Positions 1 to 10,082 of a stretch of DNA of 30,807 nucleotides are shown in pieces. This DNA is from Promethearchaeota archaeon (GTDB taxonomy: Archaea; Asgardarchaeota; Lokiarchaeia; Sigyniarchaeales; SOKP01), in the NCBI GenBank assembly GCA_008080735.1, contig SHMW01000030.1:10100-40906 (forward strand), written 5' to 3'. Under the pieces are notes generated by a model. The model saw only the letters and a list, made by a program, of their open reading frames with translations, was not told the DNA's origin and searched no databases. Each line of letters opens with the position of its first letter. The stretch's first letter is position 1. The position numbers and the translations under genes are program-made.

Positions 1-97
1 AGGGAGCAAATTAGATTTAATCTATTTTTAAAAATATTTATGTGTTAAGAAGAATAATAACATAATAATAAAAAGATATGATGTGAGGTCGATAAAA

Positions 98-889
98 GTG
101 GAAAGATTTAATGATAAAGTCGTGTTCATTACTGGAGGCGCCTCTGGACTCGGAGAACAAACTGCTAAGGATTTTGCTGAAGAGGGTGCGAAAGTAACCA
201 TATATGATTTTGATGGAGAGAATGGAAAGCGTGTCGAATCAGGGGTTAAGGAAGCTGGTGGAGAGATTATGTTCATTGAAGGGGACGTGAGGGACAAAGC
301 TGCGGTGGATCAAGCAGTTCAAAAAACCTTCGACACGTATGGTCCTGTAGATTTCCTTATTCACTCTGCAGGAATATTGCAAGATGGAATGATCCATAAG
401 CTTCCAGAAGAACGCTGGGACGCTGTGATAGATACTCATCTTAAGGGATTTTTTCTATCTATGCAATCATGTGTGAAACGATGGATTGATATTTGTAAAG
501 CAGACCCTAAAGATGACATTGCTGATAATCCTGACCGTAGAATAATTACTATCTCAAGTCAAGCAGCTGAAGGGAATATTGGCCAACTAAATTATTCGGC
601 GGCTAAATCTGGGATGCTGGGTATGGTCAAAACGGCGGGATTAGAACTTATTAGATATAATGTGAGAACCCATGCAATAATGCCAACATTAATTGAAACG
701 CCAATTCTTGGAGAATTATTATCAAAACAGGATGGAAAGTGGCGTAAATACTATTCAGGAAGAATTCCATTGGGTATTGGAGAGCCTGAATATGTATCCC
801 GGGTAATTCTCTTCTTATGTAGCGATGATGCGTGGTTTATGAACGGAGAGATTATCGGTATAAACGGTGGAAGACTGGATAAGGTATAG
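98..889 (+). CDS. SDR-family NAD(P)-dependent oxidoreductase (FabG/3-oxoacyl-CoA reductase-like)
   Basis: TGGASGLG Rossmann motif, HSAGI, catalytic YSAAK. GTG start at 98 follows a GAGGT RBS; the ORF track starts at 83. Confidence 0.9.
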   Translation: MERFNDKVVFITGGASGLGEQTAKDFAEEGAKVTIYDFDGENGKRVESGVKEAGGEIMFIEGDVRDKAAVDQAVQKTFDTYGPVDFLIHSAGILQDGMIHKLPEERWDAVIDTHLKGFFLSMQSCVKRWIDICKADPKDDIADNPDRRIITISSQAAEGNIGQLNYSAAKSGMLGMVKTAGLELIRYNVRTHAIMPTLIETPILGELLSKQDGKWRKYYSGRIPLGIGEPEYVSRVILFLCSDDAWFMNGEIIGINGGRLDKV

Positions 890-1033
890 GCAACAAAATC
901 AGATTTATCTTTTATATTTTCTATTTTTTTACAATCCCGCTTATTAAAATATCACCCCCATCATGTGTGTCCCCTTAAGAAAAGAATAATTGAAAATAAA
1001 TATTTTAATCAATCATTTATTTTGCTATCTCAT

Positions 1034-1768
1034 ATGATAAAGAAACTCAATGAATTTTTACCAAAGATGGGCAATAGGCTGAATTTTATCTACGAAAAAA
1101 TAGATTATGGGTATTTTGGAATACTTTCAATGGTTAGTGGCATCGCAACTATTTTGATTTGTTCTTTATTGTTTTATTCTGTTGAACCGTTCACTATCCT
1201 ATCACATTGGGTAAGCAATTTAGGGGGAATAACGACCAATTCGGGAGAATTTTCTAATTTTTCCAACGTAGTTTTTTCCATAGGATTATTTATTACCGCT
1301 TTATTTACCACACTCTTTGTGATTGGCTTGATCAAGGATTTACTCTCATCCTCTTCAAAAATTAATTCTCTGCTCTCGATTGGTTTTATTTTTAGTCTAT
1401 TGTGTTTAGGTGGTATCATTGGAGTTGCACTTTTTGATCTGAAAGGAAGTCCTTTTATTCATGCTTTTACCGCAATGTTTTTTTTCTTGGGCTCGTCATT
1501 TATGGTCTTTTTTTATAACTTAGCAATTATATTCGATGAGAGATGGCCATATGGAATTGGAATAATTGCAATCTTCGTCCCATTTAGCGCGCTTATTTTT
1601 TCTCTCTCATTTATCCCACATTTGCTCCAAGGAAAAGGAATTGTGGAGTTAATCCTCTCTACAGGTCCCGAATTTGCCTTCTCGAGAGTATGGGAATGGA
1701 TATATATCATAGGATTATTTGCATGGTTTTTTGTCATTGGGATTATTCAATTATTTCTCAATAAATAA
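1034..1768 (+). CDS. Polytopic membrane protein, DUF998/Frag1-DRAM-like
   Basis: About 6 hydrophobic segments; WVSNLG, IHAF and VWEW motifs. Start uncertain (965/1034/1067). Confidence 0.65.
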   Translation: MIKKLNEFLPKMGNRLNFIYEKIDYGYFGILSMVSGIATILICSLLFYSVEPFTILSHWVSNLGGITTNSGEFSNFSNVVFSIGLFITALFTTLFVIGLIKDLLSSSSKINSLLSIGFIFSLLCLGGIIGVALFDLKGSPFIHAFTAMFFFLGSSFMVFFYNLAIIFDERWPYGIGIIAIFVPFSALIFSLSFIPHLLQGKGIVELILSTGPEFAFSRVWEWIYIIGLFAWFFVIGIIQLFLNK

Positions 1769-1902
1769 AAACTCTGCTACCTAAAATTTCCTAATATGTG
1801 TTTCTCTCATGGAGATTATAGGTGGCAACGATGTAAATATTTAGGCTAATAGATTAGGGGTATAGCACAGTTTTGATGAAAAAATAATGAAAAATGAAAA
1901 GA

Positions 1903-3102
1903 TTATTTTCCAGCTTTTCTACGTTTAATCTCTTCCGTGAGAGCAGGGATTACTTTATGTAAATCATCCACGATTCCATAATGCGCTACATCAAATATGG
2001 AAGCGTTCGGATCCTTATTAATGGCCACGATGATATCTGAATTTTCCATTCCAACCAAATGTTGGATGGCACCAGAAATCCCACATGCGATATACAATTT
2101 CGGGGAAACTGTCTTTCCCGTCTGTCCAACTTGGCGATCATGGTCAATCCATTCTAATTCAACCGTTACTCTCGATCCTGCAACTTCGCCTCCGAGAGCC
2201 TCCGCTAATTCTTCGATGATTTTAAAATTTTCCTTCCCACCAACTCCACGCCCGCCTGATACTATTATTTCTGCTTCTTCAAGATTGATTCCCGCTTTTT
2301 CTTTATCAATTATTTTTAAAATCTTTGTCACAGAATCCTCTTCTTCAAATTCTTTCTCAATTATCGTGATTTCTGGTTTTTTCTCAATCTTTTCAATGGG
2401 ATCAAATATTCCTGGGCGGACGGTACTCATTTGCGGTCTACTTGTGGGGGTTCTAATGGTTGCCATAATATTTCCCCCGAATGTGGGTCTCGTCTGGAGA
2501 AGATTTCCAGACTCCTCTTCGATATCTAAACCCGTACAATCCGCTGTGCATCCCGCATACAATCGTTTTGAAAGTCTTGGGGCAAAATCCCTTCCAGTGG
2601 GTGTAGCTCCTATTAGAACTATTTCGGGTTTTTTCTCTTGTACTATTTCAGTTAATGTATTCACATATAAATCTGAATAATAATCTTTTAAAATTGGTGA
2701 TTTAACGTAAATAACCTCATCTGCACCATATTGACCTAATTCTTCTAGCTTATCATCCAGCTCTGAACCTAAAAGGACAACAGAGACATTGACCCCTAAT
2801 TGATCCGCTAAACTCCGTCCTTTTCCTAAGAGCTGATAGACTACATTTTGAATCTCATTTCTAAAATGCTCCCCAATCACCATAACACCTTTATACTTGG
2901 AAAGATCCATTTTCGGAACTTTAAATTCTTCTTTTTCAATCGTGATTGCCTCTACGGGACACACATCCACACAAGCACCACATAACGTACATTCTCCAGT
3001 AATACAAGCGATATTATCCTTGACATCCATCCCTCCGTAAGGACAATTGTCTACGCAAGCCCCGCATCCCGTACATAATTCACTATCTATTATTATACTC
3101 AT
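1903..3102 (-). CDS. etfA: Electron transfer flavoprotein alpha subunit with N-terminal 2x[4Fe-4S] ferredoxin domain
   Basis: Two CxxCxxCxxxCP motifs, then RPTFGGN, SGGRG, QVGQTGK, GISGAIQH and AINKDP. Confidence 0.95.
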   Translation of the reverse strand: MSIIIDSELCTGCGACVDNCPYGGMDVKDNIACITGECTLCGACVDVCPVEAITIEKEEFKVPKMDLSKYKGVMVIGEHFRNEIQNVVYQLLGKGRSLADQLGVNVSVVLLGSELDDKLEELGQYGADEVIYVKSPILKDYYSDLYVNTLTEIVQEKKPEIVLIGATPTGRDFAPRLSKRLYAGCTADCTGLDIEEESGNLLQTRPTFGGNIMATIRTPTSRPQMSTVRPGIFDPIEKIEKKPEITIIEKEFEEEDSVTKILKIIDKEKAGINLEEAEIIVSGGRGVGGKENFKIIEELAEALGGEVAGSRVTVELEWIDHDRQVGQTGKTVSPKLYIACGISGAIQHLVGMENSDIIVAINKDPNASIFDVAHYGIVDDLHKVIPALTEEIKRRKAGK

Positions 3103-3116
3103 TTAGTTTTACCTCC

Positions 3117-3920
3117 TTAGATTAATTTATCTTCCCTTAATTTTTCGCATAGTTGATTCACTCTTTCTTCAATAGATCCTTCAAGAATTAGATGTTCACC
3201 CTTTCGCTTTGGTACAAATATTCTCCACACTTCTGTTTGCGAGCCTGTTAGTCCAATGTTTTGTTTTTTTGCTTTTAGATCTTCATGAGTAAGGTATTTG
3301 ACCTCCTTCTCATAGGAATTAACAATTCCATCTAAGGTTGGATATCTCGGTTCATTTACATCTTTTAACACAGAGATAAGTACAGGTAATTTGGTCTCAA
3401 TTACAACAATCTCTTCCCCTCGAAACGCTCGCTCAACGATAACTTTCCCATCCTGCAATTCAAATTTTTGAACATATGTAATTTGAGGGATACCTAATTC
3501 CTCTGCGAGCTCTGGACCGACTTGGGCGGTATCTCCGTCAATAGCTTGAGTACCACATATGACTAAATAATTATCCCGTTCTTTAAATTTTTCTAATAAA
3601 GTACTAATTCCAAGATATAATGTATGGGATGTGGCTAAGGTATCAGCACCCGCGAAGGCTCTATCAGTTAATAAGTATGCTTCATCCAATCCCATCGCCA
3701 AAGCTTCTCTAAGCGCCTCTTCTGCTTGAGGGGGGCCCATACTAATTCCAATCGTTTCTGCTCCATATTTCTTTTTTATTTCTAAGGCTAATTCAACGGC
3801 ATTCTTATCCATTGGATTTATAATACTTGGAATCCCTTCCCTGATTAAGGTATTGGTTTCAGGATCTATTCTGACCTCTGAGACTCCCGGAACTTGTTTA
3901 ATACAAACAAATATTTTCAT
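3117..3920 (-). CDS. etfB: Electron transfer flavoprotein beta subunit
   Basis: CIKQVP, SMGPPQA, AGADTLAT, DGDTAQVGPE and NEPRYP motifs. Confidence 0.95.
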   Translation of the reverse strand: MKIFVCIKQVPGVSEVRIDPETNTLIREGIPSIINPMDKNAVELALEIKKKYGAETIGISMGPPQAEEALREALAMGLDEAYLLTDRAFAGADTLATSHTLYLGISTLLEKFKERDNYLVICGTQAIDGDTAQVGPELAEELGIPQITYVQKFELQDGKVIVERAFRGEEIVVIETKLPVLISVLKDVNEPRYPTLDGIVNSYEKEVKYLTHEDLKAKKQNIGLTGSQTEVWRIFVPKRKGEHLILEGSIEERVNQLCEKLREDKLI

Positions 3921-3931
3921 TAATGTTCACC

Positions 3932-5089
3932 TCACGCACCTTTTCGTAGTAGATGATTCGCAATAACCATTCTTTGTATTTCCGAAGTCCCCTCATATAT
4001 TTCAGCCATTTTAGCGTCACGGAAGTATCTTTCAACATCATAAGCTTTCATTAGCCCATATCCGCCATGAATCTGAACCGCATCATGGGCAGCTTGCATT
4101 CCGGCTTCAGAAGCAACTAATTTTGCCATCGCACTATCATGTCCAAAATCTTCTCCTATATCGCATTTATAAGCGGCTTTATAGGTAAGTAAGCGGGAGG
4201 ATTCCACGGCTGTGGCCATATCTGCAATTTTCCATTGTACTCCTTGGAATCTCCCTATAGGTTGCCCAAACTGAACACGCTCATTTGCATACTTGATCGA
4301 CGCTTCAAGACAAGCTTGTCCAAGTCCTACACATTGCGCTGCCATCAATATCCTTCCATAATCTAAAATCTGCATACCTAAGCGAAATCCCTGTCCTACT
4401 TTTCCCAAAATATTTTCCTCTGGTACTCTTACATCTTGAAAAACTAATTCAGAAGTATTTGATGCCCGAACACCCAGCTTATCTTCTTTAACTCCAACAG
4501 AATAACCTGGTGTGTTAGTATCTACAATAAAGATGGTAAGTTCTTTCCTTCTGCCTTTCTGTCCAGTAGAGGTGACCACAAGTAAAGTTTCAGCAATACC
4601 ACCATTTGTGGCAAATATTTTACTTCCATTTAGAATATATTCATCTCCATCTTTAGTAGCCGTCAATTGTACACCTCCAGCATCAGAACCGGCGTTGGCT
4701 TCTGTCAATGCGAAAGCCCCTAACTTTTCACCCATTGCAAGGTCAACTAAAAATCGTTCTTTTTGCTCATCTGTCCCAAAGCGATAAATCGGATAAGCAC
4801 AAACCGAACAATGTACTCCCGTGGTGATACTCCAAGAGGCATCTACACGACCGATCTCTTCCGTGACGATGCAGAAACTAATTGTATCATCTTGTAAACC
4901 CGCACCTCCATATTCTTGTGGAATGCAAGTCCCAAAATATTTCATCTCTTTCATCATTTCAAATACTTTAGGATCTAATTGGGAGTTTTGGTCGCTTTCC
5001 TCCACGACTGGTGCAATATGTTCTTCTGCAAATTCTCGAGTTATCTTTCGAATCATCTTCTGTCTCTTATTTAACGAAAATTCCATCAT
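3932..5089 (-). CDS. Acyl-CoA dehydrogenase (butyryl-CoA/short-chain type)
   Basis: ALTEANAGSD, NGSKIF, RVQFGQPI, QIHGGYG and EIYEGTSEIQ (catalytic Glu). First gene of an acd-etfB-etfA operon. Confidence 0.95.
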   Translation of the reverse strand: MMEFSLNKRQKMIRKITREFAEEHIAPVVEESDQNSQLDPKVFEMMKEMKYFGTCIPQEYGGAGLQDDTISFCIVTEEIGRVDASWSITTGVHCSVCAYPIYRFGTDEQKERFLVDLAMGEKLGAFALTEANAGSDAGGVQLTATKDGDEYILNGSKIFATNGGIAETLLVVTSTGQKGRRKELTIFIVDTNTPGYSVGVKEDKLGVRASNTSELVFQDVRVPEENILGKVGQGFRLGMQILDYGRILMAAQCVGLGQACLEASIKYANERVQFGQPIGRFQGVQWKIADMATAVESSRLLTYKAAYKCDIGEDFGHDSAMAKLVASEAGMQAAHDAVQIHGGYGLMKAYDVERYFRDAKMAEIYEGTSEIQRMVIANHLLRKGA

Positions 5090-5489
5090 TCATCATTTTA
5101 TTATTTGTTTAATATAAATTAGTCTAAAAGAATTGACGGAAAAATAAAAAATTTGTGGAATTCAGTATTAAGGGATAAAAATTTAAAGAATTATTGTCCA
5201 TCTTACACAAAAATACTAATAATTTGTAGATTCTTTGTTAATTTCTCTTTTATAGCTAAAACCAAATAGAATCTTAGTTTTTTAATTTTTCATGGTGAAA
5301 TAGAATGGGATGTTTAATGTCAAGGCTTCCACTCAATAAAAAAGCCTATTTTTCATAAATAATCACCTCAAAATCTTTTAAATCTTAATCCAATTTCACG
5401 TATCAGATAATTTTCATAGTCCCAACTCTTATTAGGATAATATGGAATTTGATTAAATAGACTAAAATTAAATATCTGGAGGGTTTAAA

Positions 5490-5663
5490 ATGGATTTAAC
5501 ATGTGTGAACTGCGGGAGAACCATCGAAACTATTCCTCTAAGTTGTGGGCTTGGTATTACGCTGAACGGAAACACTCACAAATGGGAATGTGATTTAGGT
5601 GATTGCGGTGTTAGATCAATTGAAGATATTTTATGCGTAAATTGTTGCACTAAGCTATCCTAA
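5490..5663 (+). CDS. Small Cys-rich putative metal-binding protein (57 aa, below the ORF-track cutoff)
   Basis: Manual translation MDLTCVNCGRTIETIPLSCGLGITLNGNTHKWECDLGDCGVRSIEDILCVNCCTKLS, with 8 Cys. GGAGG RBS at 5478-5482; higher GC than flanks; T-rich tract downstream. Confidence 0.75.
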   Translation: MDLTCVNCGRTIETIPLSCGLGITLNGNTHKWECDLGDCGVRSIEDILCVNCCTKLS

Positions 5664-5758
5664 ATTTCTATTCCCTCTTTTTCTTATTGGATTAGATTTT
5701 TCTTCAATATAAAAGCAATAGATACAACTATATTTCCATTTAACTATTTGTAACATTA

Positions 5759-6568
5759 ATGTGTTCTGACACTAATCATTTTCATGTTGAGAGGCTTAAT
5801 CAATTCATTTATACAATCCAAGAAAATATTTCAGAAATCCATCCTATCTATCGTAATGATCCCCTCAATCTTTATGTAATTTTGGGTTCAGAAAAAGCCA
5901 TTCTTGTCGACACTGGTTGCGGGCTTTATCCTTTAAGACCGATTGTGGAGCGAATCATAGGTCAAAGAGATTTAATTGTGGTGAATACACACGCTCATTG
6001 GGATCATATTTTAGGCAATCATGAATTTAAAGAGGTATATATTCATAAGAATGAAGCTAATATAGTCTCTCATGGATATAGTGTATTTTTCCTACAAAAT
6101 TCTCCTGCTAAAATTGTGAAAAGGTATGAAAAATATGATCATCTCATCCCTCCCGCCGAAAAAGTTCATCCTCTTGAAGATGGAAAAACATTTGAATTAG
6201 GAGGGATAAAGGCGGAGATTATTCACTCCCCAGGACATTCCTCTGGATCCATATGTATTCAAACAGATAAGAAAATGCTCTTTACGGGTGATGTGGCATA
6301 TTATGGTGATATTTTCCTCCCAAGACGACAAGAATTCCCACGGGTCTTAAAAACACTTTCAAAACTAATTAATTTATGGGATAAACAAAAAATTGACAAG
6401 CTCTACCCCTCTCATAGAAAAACACCTTGCGAACCATCTCTGTTAATTGAATTATGGAAAAATATACAAAAAATCGGTGATGTTTGGGATAAGAGGAAAT
6501 ACAATGAATTCTTTTTTGCTTGGGAATTCCAGATAAACGATTTTATCTTTTACGTTTCGAGATCCTAA
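5759..6568 (+). CDS. Metallo-beta-lactamase-fold hydrolase
   Basis: LVDTG, THAHWDH (HxHxDH), SPGHS, FTGD and PSH motifs. Confidence 0.92.
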   Translation: MCSDTNHFHVERLNQFIYTIQENISEIHPIYRNDPLNLYVILGSEKAILVDTGCGLYPLRPIVERIIGQRDLIVVNTHAHWDHILGNHEFKEVYIHKNEANIVSHGYSVFFLQNSPAKIVKRYEKYDHLIPPAEKVHPLEDGKTFELGGIKAEIIHSPGHSSGSICIQTDKKMLFTGDVAYYGDIFLPRRQEFPRVLKTLSKLINLWDKQKIDKLYPSHRKTPCEPSLLIELWKNIQKIGDVWDKRKYNEFFFAWEFQINDFIFYVSRS

Positions 6569-6724
6569 ATAACTAACAAGAGAGATGCATCAAGATTTCG
6601 CACAATTATGTATGAAATAAATTGATTTCAAAGATTAAATTTTTTAAGAACATTATACAATAATATTGTAATGCTTTATGAAAACTAATTTTAATTGTTC
6701 AGCCCAAGCACGAGTGTAAAAATT

Positions 6725-8398
6725 ATGTATGATGATGAATATTTAGAAAATATTAGAAGAGAAAAAGAAAAATGGGAAAAGAAATATAAAGATGTAGGTG
6801 AGCGAGATACTAAATTTGAAACCGATTCGGGAATTCCAGTGAAGCGCTTATATACTCCATTAGACGTAAAAGGAGATTATCTTGAAGAATTGGGATTTCC
6901 TGGACAGCCTCCTTATACGCGTGGACCGTATCCTACCATGTATCGGGGAAGAATCTGGACTATGAGGTTATTTAGCGGGCATGGTACTCCAGAAGAGACA
7001 AATGAAAGATGGAAATTTCTTTATAAACACGGAGAAACGGGCTTTTCTGCGGCGGTTGATGCATTAACGTTTAATGGTATCGATCCTTCGAATGCAGATG
7101 GAGCACCAGAGGTTGGTACTTCTGGCGTCCCACTCTACTGCATTGACAGTTTATTCGCTCTAACCGAAGATATCCCAATCGATAAAATCAGTGTGGCTTT
7201 GGTTGTTGAGCCATTTACTGCCGCACCGGTATGTTCGATGTATTTTAATATGGCGAAAAAGAGAGGATATGATATTAGAAATCTTATGGGAACGACGCAA
7301 AATGATATCTTGACCATGACAGTTGGATATATTCCTTATAAGAACGTTCCCCCGGATCATTTGCTCCGTTTGGCTTGTGACTTTATCGAATGGACTGTTC
7401 CGATGGGTAATGTCCCAAAATGGCATCCAATCAATTTCACAGGTTATAACTATCGGGAAGGTGGTATTGATGCCGTTCAAGAATTAGGCTTTGTCTTTGC
7501 GAGTGCTTGTTCGCACATTGATGAAATAGTAGATAGAGGGTGGAAAGCAGATGATTTTGTTAATAGATTAGCATTCCATCTTTCTGCTCATAAGGATTTC
7601 TTTGAAGAAATCGCAAAATATCGTGCGGCTAGGAGAATATGGGCAAAGTTGATGAAGAATCGATATGAAGTTGAAGATCCAAAATCTATGCAGTTCAGAT
7701 TTCATGTTCAAACTGCGGGGAGTTCATTGACGGCTCAGCTACCCAAAGTAAATATTATTAGGACGGCAATCCAAGCACTTGAAGCAACCCTTGGAGGATG
7801 TCAATCTCTCCATACCAATTCTTTTGACGAAGCGATTTGTCTACCCTCAAAAGAAGCTGCATTAATTGCACTTAGAACTCAGCAAGTTATATCAGATGAG
7901 ACGAGAATCACTAATACTGTCGATCCATTAGCAGGCTCTTATTATGTAGAATGGTTAACCGATGAAATTGAGGAGCGAGTATGGAATTATATGGATAAAA
8001 TTGAAAAAGTCGGTTCCATTGACAAAGCTCTTTCTACTGGTTGGTTATATAAAGAGATGAGAGATGCCTTCCATAAGCGCCAGAAGAAAATGGAAACGGG
8101 TGAGGAGATAACTCTTGGAGTGAATAAGTATCCAGTTCCTTATGATGAAGTAACCGATGTTTTTCGAACCAATGATGAGGCTATGAAAATCGAGAGGGAA
8201 CGGGTGGAAAAACTGAAAAAGCGTCGTGACAATGATAAATTGGAGGAGATTTTAGATAAATTGCGAACAGTTTGTGAAAAGGAAGAAAATGTTATGCCCG
8301 TAGTAATGGAAGCCACAAAAGAAGGTGCTACTGTCGGAGAAGTATGCGATATTTATAGAGAAATCTGGGGTATATGGGAGCCACCATTAGCAATCTAA
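6725..8398 (+). CDS. B12-dependent acyl-CoA mutase, large (substrate-binding) subunit; methylmalonyl/isobutyryl-CoA mutase family
   Basis: PGQPPYTRGPYPTMY, GTTQNDIL, FFEEIAKYRAARR, QSLHTNSFDEA and DPLAGSYYVE motifs. ATG 6725 preferred over TTG 6695. Confidence 0.93.
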   Translation: MYDDEYLENIRREKEKWEKKYKDVGERDTKFETDSGIPVKRLYTPLDVKGDYLEELGFPGQPPYTRGPYPTMYRGRIWTMRLFSGHGTPEETNERWKFLYKHGETGFSAAVDALTFNGIDPSNADGAPEVGTSGVPLYCIDSLFALTEDIPIDKISVALVVEPFTAAPVCSMYFNMAKKRGYDIRNLMGTTQNDILTMTVGYIPYKNVPPDHLLRLACDFIEWTVPMGNVPKWHPINFTGYNYREGGIDAVQELGFVFASACSHIDEIVDRGWKADDFVNRLAFHLSAHKDFFEEIAKYRAARRIWAKLMKNRYEVEDPKSMQFRFHVQTAGSSLTAQLPKVNIIRTAIQALEATLGGCQSLHTNSFDEAICLPSKEAALIALRTQQVISDETRITNTVDPLAGSYYVEWLTDEIEERVWNYMDKIEKVGSIDKALSTGWLYKEMRDAFHKRQKKMETGEEITLGVNKYPVPYDEVTDVFRTNDEAMKIERERVEKLKKRRDNDKLEEILDKLRTVCEKEENVMPVVMEATKEGATVGEVCDIYREIWGIWEPPLAI

Positions 8399-8414
8399 TT
8401 CTGGAGGTGTAAAA

Positions 8415-8813
8415 ATGCAGCAAACTAAAAAAATTCGCGTTTTAATGTCTAAACCGGGTATAGATGGTCATTGGAGAGGAGGTATCGTAGTCTCCAGAGC
8501 CTTAAGGGATGCGGGAATGGAGTTAATCTTTGGAGGATTCCAAAATATCAGTCAGATTGTAGAATCTGCCGTTCACGAAGATGTGGACATAATTGGACTG
8601 AGTATCCATTCGGGAGCACATCTGGCCTATACGAAACAACTTATCGATAAATTGGATGAAAAGGGGTTAAAAGACGATTTTATGGTATTAGTGGGAGGTG
8701 TAATTCCCGCGAAAGATTTTCCAAAGTTAAAAGAAATGGGCGTTGCTAATGTCTATGGTCCAGGAACGATGACTCAAGATATTGTCGACTTCATTCACGA
8801 GAATCTCAAATAG
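8415..8813 (+). CDS. B12-dependent acyl-CoA mutase, small (cobalamin-binding) subunit
   Basis: KPGIDGHWRG (DxHxxG), GLS and VGGVIP motifs; GGAGGTG RBS. Confidence 0.93.
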   Translation: MQQTKKIRVLMSKPGIDGHWRGGIVVSRALRDAGMELIFGGFQNISQIVESAVHEDVDIIGLSIHSGAHLAYTKQLIDKLDEKGLKDDFMVLVGGVIPAKDFPKLKEMGVANVYGPGTMTQDIVDFIHENLK

Positions 8814-9069
8814 CCTTAATTTTAACAAATTCTTTTTTCAATTTATTTTTTGAAATAGGAGAATATTTTTCTAGCTGAAAATTAAATGGTTTTAGTAATG
8901 ATTTTTCTTGAACTTTATTAATCTAACCATAACAACCATTTAGATTTCATAAAATAATAATAATACAAAATATTTTTTACCATAGATAATTAAGGTTTTT
9001 CCATTTCGGAATTTCTTAATTATTTTATGGATACTAGATTGGGAACACAATAATGATGGTGTACTTTTT

Positions 9070-10044
9070 GTGGATAAAAAATATGATATAGAAGATTTAT
9101 GTGAAAGGTTTAAAGATGAAGATAAGGTAGCTTTAGCACGATTGATTACACTTATTGAAAATGAACCCGATTCTGCGTTAGAAATTTTTCAGCACCTTGA
9201 TGATATCGAACATGAGTCCTACATTATTGGACTGACGGGATCACCTGGGGTTGGGAAAAGTACTCTAACTGGACAATTGGTTAAGCGATTGGTGGAAAAG
9301 GACATGAAAGTTGGAGTTATATCTGTTGATCCCACTTCTCCCTTTAGTGGAGGGGCGTTTTTAGGAGACCGTGTCCGGTTATCAGAGATTTCTTGTCATC
9401 CAAACGTGTTTATGCGAAGTTTAGCATCCAGAGGATATAAAGGTGGAATCTCTCGAGCAGTGTTTGATATCTCTTTATTATATGAAGCATTTGGTATGGA
9501 TGTAATCATCATTGAAACCGTAGGAGTGGGACAAGCCGAATTCGAAATATATAAACTAGTATATACTACGATTTTAATTCTAATTCCTGGAGCGGGGGAT
9601 TCTATTCAAGCACAAAAAGCAGGAATAATAGAAATTGCAGATATTTATGATATAAATAAAAAAGATTTAGGTGGGGATGAAGTAGCTGTCCAAATTGAGA
9701 TGATGCTTGATGATGCCACTGCGACTCAAAGTGGATGGAGACCTCCCGTGATTATGACAAATTCCATTAAAGGAGAGGGTGTGGATGAATTGCTTGAGAG
9801 AATTTGGGAACATAAGGAATATGTCGAATTATCTGATCTTTTTGAAGAAAAAAAGAAGAGAAGATATGCCTATAAAGTAAAAGATGCTATAATGAACAAG
9901 ATTGAATCTATTTTGCTAAATAATCTCTTTAACGAGGAAGATCTGAAGGATATAGGCTCAAAAATAGTAAATAATAAGTTTAAAATCCATGAAAAAATTC
10001 ACAATATATTTGAGAATGTCCATTTTGATATTAAAAAGGAATAG
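9070..10044 (+). CDS. meaB: Mutase-associated GTPase chaperone MeaB/ArgK
   Basis: GSPGVGKST, VDPTSPFSGGAFLGDRVR, ETVGVGQ and NKKD motifs. Confidence 0.93.
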   Translation: MDKKYDIEDLCERFKDEDKVALARLITLIENEPDSALEIFQHLDDIEHESYIIGLTGSPGVGKSTLTGQLVKRLVEKDMKVGVISVDPTSPFSGGAFLGDRVRLSEISCHPNVFMRSLASRGYKGGISRAVFDISLLYEAFGMDVIIIETVGVGQAEFEIYKLVYTTILILIPGAGDSIQAQKAGIIEIADIYDINKKDLGGDEVAVQIEMMLDDATATQSGWRPPVIMTNSIKGEGVDELLERIWEHKEYVELSDLFEEKKKRRYAYKVKDAIMNKIESILLNNLFNEEDLKDIGSKIVNNKFKIHEKIHNIFENVHFDIKKE

Positions 10045-10082
10045 CTTGTTCAGAGGTTCAATTCTGGAAAAAAGAAATTTTT

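Noticed and set aside
480-545. Short insertion in the SDR (KADPKDDIADNP) as a second, in-frame intron
   Set aside because: An AGCA/TGCT pairing exists but lacks flanking helices. The frame is open and it reads as an ordinary loop.
1997-2680. Long antisense ORFs (also 4512-4787, 14057-14431, 21539-21967, 25860-26324, 27868-28266 and others)
   Set aside because: Shadow frames opposite well-supported genes, with no motifs or RBS.
5280-5370. Minus-strand GAGGTGA RBS plus ATG (5356) giving MKNRLFY-TGA with a small hairpin; considered selenoprotein or leader peptide
   Set aside because: Read-through gives only ~24 aa with no recognisable motif, and no SECIS was identified. Possibly a decayed gene.
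6570-6724. Cobalamin riboswitch upstream of the mutase or cobO
   Set aside because: Regions are very AT-rich, with no B12-box or conserved stems visible.
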